This document shows, piece by piece, positions 52,201 through 61,954 of a stretch of DNA of 61,954 bases (positions are counted from its first letter, which is position 1; each line of letters starts with the position of its first letter). A program made the translations under genes and the position numbers. The notes below the pieces were generated by a model, which searched no databases, had not been told where the DNA came from, and saw only the letters and a program-made list of their open reading frames with translations. The DNA lies in the NCBI GenBank assembly GCA_004022145.1, contig RCNU01000029.1; one strand, written 5' to 3'. Source of the stretch: Paecilomyces variotii. Taxonomy: Eukaryota.

Positions 52201-55117
52201 TCTATTTAAATCTTATAAAATACTTATTAAATATTTAATTTTATAAAGATCTTAGCTTAGCTAATCTTAGCTAGAGTTTTATTAATTAATAATAAGAAAT
52301 ATTAATCTTTCTTTATAATAGTATTTAAACAGCAATAATTAATATAAAATTATAATCTTTTATTAGCCTTCTTTATAAAAAGAATAAATAAAGTAAAAGA
52401 CTTCTAGCTAGGTATAATAAAATCTTTTTTTAAATTATTAATTAGATATATTTTAAATATTTATAATTTCTCTAGCAATTATTTATAGAAGGGTTAATAT
52501 TTTAAAAAAATCTCTCTTTTAAGTTCTATCTTATAATTATAAGGTTAATAAGGAGATAATTTATTTAATACTTACTTAAAGAAGATATTAAAAAAGTTTT
52601 TATAAACTATAGGAAGATATTTATAGATTAACTTTAAAAGTTTTTATTCTTCTTATACTATAAGAGACCTCTATTTAATAATCTTATTAATCTTATATAG
52701 GCTAATAATAAAGATTTTTATATCCTTTATATATAATACTTACTAGAATCCTTTAGCTCCTATATATATAATATTTAATATTATCTTAATATCTGTTTTT
52801 AAAGGGCATAATTATATAATTATAGGAGATAAAGAATTAGTTTAATCTTTTAATTCGCATTATATTTTCATTAGAGCTAATTAGATATTAACTTATTTAA
52901 TTTATAGTAGCTAATAGTAAGACTGATTTTTTTATTTTAAGATTTAGATCTATTTTTTTATTTATAGGTCTTTTCTATTAATATCTTATTAATATTTAAG
53001 GTTTAAGAATAACCTTATTAAATTCTCCTTTATAGCAATTAGTTTTTATTAAAATTAATAAATTTATAAATTATTATATAGCTAAATTAGCTATTAGTTT
53101 TAAATATTTAAAAAGATAAATTCTTCGGCTATTTACTTTTATTTAAAGATTAAGTTATAATAACCTAGGTTAGTAATTAGTATAAGAAGGTTTAAATAAA
53201 TCTTCTTATTAATCTTTAAATTAATAACTAGAATATAATCTATTTATTCTCTAGTTTAGTTATTATAGCTATTAATAAATATAGGTTAATATAAAGGTTT
53301 TAAGGAAGTATTTAAGAACTAAATAATTAATAGGATTAATAAACTATTAAAGAAATAAAGCCTATTTATTCTAAAATTTAATAGGGTAAAGAGCTTAATA
53401 AAGTAATTACCCCTTAAAAAGCAACTAAGATTAATCTCTGCTAATTTCTTATTAATCTCTAGGTTAAAGTTTTAGCTTAAAGGTTAGCTTTTTCTAAGTC
53501 TTATTTACTTTTTTTTATCTTAATCTTTAAGTTTTTAATATTTACTATTATTTTTTAATAGGTAATTAATAATAAAATACTCTTTTATTTTATAAAAAAA
53601 ATACTTCTCTTTTTTTATAAGAGTCTCGCAGTTAATAATAAAGAATCTAATATTAGTCTTAGGGATAAATAAACTACTGCTAAATTAGTTAAATAAAATT
53701 TAAAAAAAAGGTTTTAATATTTAAATTTTTATTTTAATTAGCCTTATAATTATTTTTATTATTTTTTTAAAGAGTATAAGCAGCTTAATAGTAAGTATTT
53801 TTAAAATTATTAAAATTCTTAATTTAATAGTATTAGCTAATAATAAGACTTTTAAAAAAGGGGAAATCTTATTATATATCTTAGTTTAATAGTTATTAGA
53901 GTAAATACTTACTTTACTTATTAGTCTTATAAATTCTATAAAAAAGTTATTATACTTCTAATATATCTTTATATATAAGTTAATAAACTAGTATTTTATG
54001 TTTTATTAATAATTTAAATTATAAAATATAGCTTAAAAATAATTAAATATCTCTTTAGCTATTTAAAAGAAGAGGCTTAAGTTTTTATAAAATCTTAGAG
54101 ATATATAAGCTATAGCCTTTCTATCTAGGCGGCTCTAAATATATATAATATAAAGATAGTTACTTCTATAGTAATTACTATTTATTCTTAGCTTATTCTT
54201 AATCTATAATAGCTAATTATTAAACTTAAAATTCTTTTTATTAGTAAATAGGGGCAGGTTAAGTAATTTAATAGAGTATTAAGGCTAGTCGCCTTTAAAT
54301 CCTAAACTATTCTTATATTTAAGGCAGAGAGCTATATTAATAATAGTCTTTTTATAATCTTCTTATTTATAGATAAGTTCTATAACTTATTATTTTATTT
54401 TTATAACCTATTATTTTACTTTTATTATATAGTATTTCTTTTAATAGATTTATTAGGCAAGATTATAGTTATATTTAATCTCGCATTTATTTAAGTATTT
54501 AATATATTTTAAATTATTAATTTTCTTTAAGAGGGTAATAGTAATATAATACTATATATTCTAGATCTTAACAGAATCTTCTTTAAGAATCTTTTAAAAC
54601 TTATCTTAAGAAAGTTCTATTAGCTTATTATTCTAGTAGAATAAAATATATTAATTATTAGTTTTTTTCTTTAGTTCTTATTTAAGCTTCTTATTATAAT
54701 TTTTAAGGTTATTTTAAAGATAATTAGATTTATTAATAAATTTTATTATAGTAAAGCCTTAATTAAGTTAAGTATTAATTAATTAGTAGATAAGTTTTAT
54801 AAGTAGTAAAGTATACTTAAATAAGAAATTTTAAAAGTAGAATAAAATAAAATAGGTAAAATTAGCTTAAAGTAATATTACGCTTAAGCAGACTAAATTA
54901 GATTTATTAATATTTTTAATCTAGTAAAGCAGTATAATAGAGAACTTTAAGCTAAAAAAAAAAAAGAAAAAAATTTAAGAAAGGAATCTTAAGTCTTTTA
55001 TTTATAAGATTTTTTATTTCTTAACTGCTTTTAAATTATATAGGCGGTTAAAGGTTTTACTAGCAGATCTCTTACTCTATCTCTTTATTAAATTAGCGCT
55101 AAGATAGCGCTATAATA
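49290..55117 (-). mobile_element. Ty3/Gypsy chromovirus-type LTR retrotransposon G3, full length (5828 bp), RIPed
   Basis: LTRs at 49290-49532 and 54876-55117. Exact TSD actag at 49285-49289 and 55118-55122. Minus strand de-RIPs to PFGLTNGPA (~52110-52137), YLDDI (~52040), ELLAIVQALEEWR (~51435-51475), SDRGPQF...HPQTDGQTE (~50420-50535) and a chromodomain (~49740-49820). Confidence 0.93.
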
Positions 55118-55716
55118 ACTAGTATATTAGTATTATAAGAAATATTAAAAAAATAATATAAGAAAACTCTTCTTACTTAAAGACGCTAACTTATTTAAGC
55201 TTATATATATTTTTAAATAATTTTAGAATAAATAATTATAAATACTTAAGGGCAATTATAATAAATAAAAAAGAGAATTACTATATTTAATAAAATAATA
55301 TTTTTTTAGCTAAGCTAAAGATTAAGATATAATAACTGCTTTTAATATTATCTAAAAAGTATATTACTATTAAGGCTATTATTAATGCTTAATAATAATT
55401 AGAAGTAGATAATATCTTAGCTATTTTAGAGAAAAAAAAAGCTTAATTTTAGGTTAAACTAGCTATTGCGTTCTTTTTAAAAAATAAGTAGATATTTATT
55501 AAATGCTATATTTATAAGAAGAAGCATTATATTAAGAACTACTTATATTTATTTACTATATAAAAGGCTATAAAAGATATTAAAAGATAATAAAAGAGTT
55601 TTCTTAAAAAAGCTACTAATAGCTTATCTATATAAAATAAAAAAATAATAAATATAATTTTTAAACTCTATAAAGAGATTTAACTAATAAAAAATAAGAG
55701 ATTATAAAATAAAAAG

Positions 55717-56236
55717 CGGGATGTAGCTCGGCCCAGCTGGGGACGAGCTTAGCCTACCCTAAAAGCTTATACCACTTAAGTATTTAGGATCTCGGCGCAC
55801 CCCAAGAAACTTTGATTTTTCCTAGCCTATTTAGGCATAGTAGAAATATATAAAAAATATTATAAAATAATTTATATTTTAGTCTACATTATATATTAAA
55901 ATTAGGATTTTAGGATTTTAATTGGGTACGCTAGGGCAAGAGTTAGTAAATTACACATAGAAATTCGAAAATTACAAATCTTTCTTGGTTTTTTAATTCT
56001 TAAAAATCGATTTTTAGATATTTAATTTTTCTTTTTTTATATATATAAGATATAGGTTATAACCTATATAAATATTCAATTCCGAGTGAAATATCTTTAG
56101 GTTTCGACTTTTAATAAATTTTTGAAGTTTTTGGTTTAAAAGCTCGGCCTACTTAAAAAATGGTAAAAATACTTGGGTGGGCCGAGCTTCTAGGGTGGGC
56201 TAAGCTCGCCCCCAGCTAGGCCGAGGTATAGGCCCA
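55717..56236 (-). mobile_element. ~520-bp non-autonomous TIR element, copy 2 (inverted relative to copy 1)
   Basis: Reverse complement of 32941-33459 with few differences, mostly transitions. Left flank is truncated Copia B4, right flank is unrelated sequence. Confidence 0.85.
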
Positions 56237-59087
56237 TTAATATTTAATCTAGGCTATATATAAACTAAGTATATGTTAAATATAAACTTAGTATTTAATA
56301 GCCCCTAATAAAGATAAGTTTCTCCCTATATTATAATTATCTTAAAAGTAATTACTTTTAGATAATCTAGTATACTTTTAAGTATAACTCTACTATTTAA
56401 AAAAGATTTTTAATATTTCTTATAATAATATAGTAAGAATTTATAATTTAGTTTTATTTTAAAGCTATCTTTTAATATCTAGATATTTCTTACCCTGTTA
56501 ATATATAGTTTAAAAGATTTCTTAATATAAATTTAAATCCTATAAATATTTTAGTTAATAAATAAGAAAATAAAATCTTTTAAACTTCTTATAAAAATTA
56601 TATTTAATATATATTTAGTAGAAGATAAGTATATATTTAAGATATTCTTGCTAGTTAAAGGAAGAATAAATAGAATATAAATAGTTATTAAAGCTTAAAT
56701 ATATTTAATATATATTCTATATTTATTAAGATAATATTAACTTAATATTTATTTCTTGCATATATTTATAGTAATAGTCTATATTCTTTCTTTATTTAAA
56801 ATATATACTTATTAAATATATTAATATATAGCTTATAATAATATTTAAAATAGTAATTTAAATATTTAAAAATATATATAATAAGTTTATAAAGAGATAA
56901 AAGCATAATAATAGGTATTAATCCTTAAAATAAGGTTAGCATATGCTAAACATATAATAAAAATAAATTAAACATATATTTAGTTTTAGAATTCTAGCTT
57001 AAGATTAAAAAGATATTTAAATTTTTAAATACTATCTTATAAGCTAAATTTATTTTAAGGTATTTAATTTTTATAAATGCTTTTACTTAAGTATTTATAT
57101 AATAAATAATAATATATTCTTTAATTTTACTAATATTAACTATATAAATTTATTATTTATTATTTTTTCTGTATTAGTTAAACTTATACTCTTATATAAT
57201 CCTTATATAATATTAATATATGTAAAACTTATAATAAAAATAGATTCTAATTAGTAATATTTAAACTAAATAAGTATTATAGAAGTTTTTATTTTTAAAT
57301 TAAATAAATAACTTTATTCTTAATATTTAAAAAAGCTCTAATTAAATTTAGAGCTTAACCTTAATACTTTTACTTAAATATATATACTTCTAAAAATATT
57401 AAGAATTTATCTATAAATATCTAGTTAATATATATAAGGTATAGGCTTAAGGTATATATAATATATGTACAGTTATAGTAAGAATATCCCTTTAATTAAT
57501 TAAATCTATAAGTTCTTAAGTAAAATCTTAACTTAACTTAGTTAGTAATAAAAGAAAATATATATAATCTTCTTAATAAACAAGAAGAATAAAAAGAAAA
57601 TAATTCTAATTATAAGAAATAAAAATATTAATTAAAGCATTATATTTTTTATATAAAACTTTAAATATATCTTAAAGGTAATTAAATCCTAGACCTATAA
57701 TTAATATATGCTTAATATATATAGAGTAAATACTTACTATAAGTTATATGCTTTAAAATAATATAATTAATATAAGTAGATTAAATAAAAGTATTAATAT
57801 TATATATTTTATAAGCTATTAAGGTATATAAATAAAGCATATAAATTTAAGCTATATATATAGAGATAGCTTATATAATATACTATAATTTAAAATTATT
57901 TACTAATAAGCAACTAATAAAAGTAACTAATAGCTAAGAATATATTTAATATATACTAAGATTAAATAAAGAGTTAAACTTATTTTATACTATTTAAAGA
58001 TTACTAGAATTTAATTTAAGTATACTTATATTTTACTTTTTAAATAGAAATAATACCTTATTAATTATTAATTTTAAAAATAAAAAAATTTATTATATTA
58101 ATTTTTAGTTTTTTTTTTTTTAAGAAATTTACTAGTAGAAGTAATATTAAATATATAGTCTGCTTTTTTATAAAGCGTTTTAAAAATACTTAGTTTAATA
58201 TAATTATATTTATAATATTATTTAAGTATATACTCTAGCATATATTTATAATATTTAATATTATTGCATTTATATACTTAATAATATATTTTACTTTAAA
58301 TTTTATCTTTTTTATTTTTTTAAAAAAATAAAAGAGATAAAATCTTATAATTACCTTAAGCATAGAGCTTAAACTAGATTTAAGCTATATTTAGCATATA
58401 CTTATAATACCTTAAATATCTGCTTAAAATAAGGTATAAATATATCTTTAATAAAAGTTATTAAAATATTTAATAAATATTTATATTAAAATAATTATAA
58501 AGTAAAGGATTCTTTTAATAGATAAAATATAAGATATTATTAAAATAAGTTATTAAATATTTAAGAATAGATAATTTATCTTAAATATTATTAACTATAA
58601 TTTTAAAGATATTATTATAGCTAATAATAATATTTATAAGAAAAATAGCCTTTTAAATATATTTAGCATATATTTTGCTAAAATTTATATAAAAAGAATA
58701 TATTTAATTAAGTTTTATATAAAGAGAGAATTTAAGATATATTTTAAATTTTTTATCTTTACTTTATATATAAGAATTAATATTATTTTAATTGCTTATT
58801 ATATTCTTAAACTAGTTTAAGTATACTTTATAAAAATTATAGTTTTATATAAGTTTACTTTATAAGGAGTTAATATTTAGTTTAAATATAACTAATATTA
58901 AGTATATATTTAATATTTGCTTAGCCTTAATAAAAGTTATATTAAATATATTTAAATAGGAATATTATATAGCTATTAATTAAAAATACTATTAACTTAG
59001 CTATTAATTATAGTTATTTAATTCTTAGCTATTTTTAAGTATTTAAAGATAAAATAATAATACTTTTTAGCTTTATATTAGCTATTA

Positions 59088-60375
59088 TATTATAAAATAG
59101 CAGTTAGAACTAGTAGATATTATAGAGAATTACGTAACTTTATTATATAATAAGGAGATAAATATCTTAAAATAATTTATAGTAAGAAAATAATAATAAT
59201 AATAATAATTATAGTTCTACTCTTTATACTTATTCTCTTAAGTTACTCTCTTAAATTTAAAAGGAATAGATCTTACTATAATTAAATTATTTCTTTTTAA
59301 TTAATTATAAGCCCGGGTTTATAATAACTTAAGAGAAATTAAGTAGTATAAAACTCTTTATTTAAAGCTATAAGGTTTAAAATAATAAGCTATTCTTATA
59401 TAAGAGAATCTATAATAAGATTACTCTAATATTCTAAAATTAAATATTAAACTTAATAAGGATTAAAACCTATTAAAGGTTAAAAAATTAATTTATTATA
59501 AAAATATTATTAGTAAAAGATATTAATAATTAAAAGAAAAGACTTATTTTTATTCTTTTAAGAGAGAATTATAAGAAGTAGTTTTTTTATATAAGGAAAT
59601 AGCTTATTAATAAAGACTACTAGAAAGTTATTAAATTAAATAAAAGTCTATATAAAGCTATATATAATAAAACTAATATAACTATATAATATTAAATTAC
59701 TAAATATCTATTTAAAGATAATTAAAATAAATTTATTAACTTCTTTAATATAGAAGTATTATAAAAGGCCCTATAAATAAAATATTAAAAAGCCTTTACC
59801 TAAAGATATTAGCTTATTTAATTATATATATACTTTTAAATAATTCTTAAATAAATAATCTTAGATATTTAAAGGCAATTATAATAAATAAGAAAGAAAA
59901 TTATAGTATTTAATAATATAATATCTTCTTTAGCTAAATTTAAAGCTAAGATATAATAATTATTTTTAGTATTACTTAAAGAGTATACTATTACTAAGAT
60001 AATAATTAATATATAAAAAAATCTAGAAATAGAAAATATTCTAGCTATTTTAAAAGAGATAAAGGCCTAGCTCTAGGCTAAACTAATTAATATATTCTTT
60101 ATATAAAATAAGTAAATAACTATTAAATACTATCTTTATAAAAAGGATTATTATATTAAGAAATATTTATTTTTATCTATTACTTAAAAGGCTTTAAAAG
60201 ATAATAAAAGATAATAATAAGAATCTCTAAAAAGAATATTTAATAGTTTATTTATTAATAATAAAAAGATAATAAAAATAATCTTAAAACTTTATAAGAA
60301 GATTTAATCTTTAAAGAATAAATAATTAAAAGATAAAAAATAGAGAGTATATAAAGTAAAAGAAATTTTAAATAC
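59088..60375 (+). mobile_element. Copia family B, copy B5: 5' LTR (59088-59302), PBS and gag; 3'-truncated
   Basis: Reverse complement of B3 ~47630-48929. Homology stops at aaatac (60375). Confidence 0.88.
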
Positions 60376-60988
60376 GAGTCCAGGAGTGCCCTGTGTTGAA
60401 ATGCCAGACGAGGAATATAGGTTTTCTATATATCCGCAAGCTTTGGTTCGGGAGATGTTAGTAGCATTTGGCTGGTTACGATAGAGTAGTAGTGGAGGAG
60501 TCGGAGCTTAAGAAGGTATTTACCGCCTGGGTCTGGGTCTGATATATTAAAACCACTGTTAGAATTACCGCAGTCATAGTTCTTAGTTTTGCTAGCCTTT
60601 AAAGAATTATTTCTATTGTAACCAGCATGTGATAGCGGAGGGATTATAATTAGCTTAAAAACATCTTTGTAGACACAGGCTATATTATAGCGGTTATAAC
60701 TGCCGCAGACTAGATAGATCTTATTGTATTACTTTTTATCAGAAATTAAATATGCCTGACCTTTATAAGTATCTGGAGATTATTACAGAGAGTAAGAGAG
60801 GTTAAGAAAAAGGACTGGTAGAAGTGGGAAAGAGGGAAGTACCCGGTACTCTCCGCGTTGGTAGGATTCTAAGCATTAATAACCCCGGGGGGTTTAAACA
60901 AGAGCAACTGAGAAGATATGATCAATCACAAAATGTGAAAAGAGATAACTAACTTTGACTCGACGGGCACGATACTGCTGGCATCCCG
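60376..60988 (-). pseudogene. Truncated Zn(II)2Cys6 fungal transcription factor gene fragment (Upc2/Ecm22-like architecture): exon 60954-60988, intron 60729-60953, exon 60376-60728
   Basis: Minus strand reads GCQQ(C>Y)RARRVK, then a GTTAGT donor, a CTGAT branch site, then (C>Y)(D>N)(E>K)I(H>Y)(P>L)VCGS(C>Y)NR(H>Y)NIACVY, giving C-x2-C-x6-C-x6-C-x2-C-x6-C. Downstream L(E>K)LRLLH(H>Y)Y...DI(W>stop at 60426-60428)KTYIPRLAFQHRALLD. The tract is GC-balanced and only lightly RIPed. Confidence 0.88.
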
Positions 60989-61954
60989 ATAAAATAGCAG
61001 TTAAGACTAGTAAGTATTATAGGGAATTATATAACTGCATTATATAATAAGGAAATAGATATTTTAAGATAGTTTATAGTAAGAAAATAAAAAAAAATAA
61101 TATTAATTATAGTTCTACCTCTTATACTTATTTTTTTAAATTATTTTTTTAAATCTAGTAGTAATAAATCTTACTATAATTAGATTTATTCTTTTTAACT
61201 AATTATAAGCCTAAGTTTATAATAACTTAGGAGAAATTAAGTAATATAAAACTCTTTATTTAAAGTTATAAAGTTTAAAATAGTAATAATAAATTATTTT
61301 TATATAAGAGAATTTATAATAAGATTACTCTAGTATTTTAAAATTAAGTATTAAATTTAATAGAGATTAAATCTTATTAAAGGTTAAAGAATTAACTTAT
61401 TATAAAAATATTATTAGTAAAAAATATTAATAACTAAAAAAAGAGACTTATTTTTACTCTTTTAAGAGAGAATTATAAGAAATAGTTTTTCTATATAAGA
61501 AAATAGCTTATTAGTAAAGACTACTAGAAAGCTATTAAATTAAATAAAAGTCTATATAAAGCTATATATAATAAAATTAATATAATTATATAATATTAAA
61601 TTACTAAATACCTATTTAAAAATAATTAAAATAAATTTATTAACTTTTTTAATATAGAAGTATTATAAAAGACCCTATAAATAAAATATTAAAAAACCCT
61701 TCTTATTTAAAGATACTAGCTTATTTAATTATATATATACTTTTAAATAGCTTCTAAATAAATAATCTTAAATATTTAAAGGTAATTATAATAAATAAAA
61801 AAAAGAATTATAGTATTTAATAATATAATATTTTCTTTAGCTAAACCTAAAGCTAAGATATAATAACTATTCTTAGTATTATTTAAAAAATAGATTATTA
61901 TTAAGATAGTAATTAATATATAAAAGAATTTAAAGATAAAAAATATTTTAATTA
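60989..61954 (+). mobile_element. Copia family B, copy B6: 5' LTR (60989-61200, first ~4 nt missing), PBS and gag; runs off the window
   Basis: Direct repeat of B5 59092-60050. Confidence 0.88.

Larger units (their letters stand above)
43387..55716 (+). mobile_element. Copia family B, copy B4: 5' LTR (43387-43634), PBS and gag; interrupted by B3 and G3; truncated at TIR element copy 2
   Basis: Segments 43387-43735, 48930-49289 and 55118-55716 join into sequence collinear with the reverse complement of B2 ~26280-27313. Confidence 0.82.
1..61954. other. RIP-degenerated AT-rich repeat block (fungal AT isochore/heterochromatin)
   Basis: TpA is pervasive and CpA/TpG scarce. Repeat copies differ mostly by C>T/G>A. 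Conserved Trp/Gln/Arg codons of TE proteins read TAA/TAG and Asp/Glu read Asn/Lys. Confidence 0.95.

Noticed and set aside
58340-59000. hAT transposase motifs (CxxH, ERxFS-like)
   Set aside because: The resemblance needs too many assumed reversions in near-saturated AT sequence and no consistent frame was found.
1-61954. Alternative genetic code (TAA/TAG read as Gln or Trp), or an AT-rich organelle/endosymbiont genome
   Set aside because: Stops differ between copies of the same element and come with general C>T/G>A changes in recognisable fungal TEs. This is RIP, not recoding.

Overview
An extremely AT-rich, TpA-saturated and CpA/TpG-depleted block of nested, dead transposons, typical of repeat-induced point mutation (RIP) in filamentous ascomycetes. 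I see no intact ORF. After mentally reversing RIP, the window resolves into: three Ty3/Gypsy elements (G1, G2, G3); two full copies of a short-LTR Ty1/Copia family (A); at least seven copies or fragments of a second Copia family (B); two Fot1/pogo-type Tc1/mariner elements with TA TSDs; two inverted, weakly RIPed copies of a ~520-bp CGGG...CCCG TIR element with no visible TSD, plus older relics of the same termini; and several unassigned degenerate tracts. The most notable items are an intron-containing Zn(II)2Cys6 transcription-factor gene fragment trapped antisense between two tandem Copia-B 5' halves (60376-60988), the unclassified TSD-less TIR family at breakpoints, and non-canonical LTR termini in both Copia families. 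All protein readings are by-eye translations with RIP reversed. No database searches were run.
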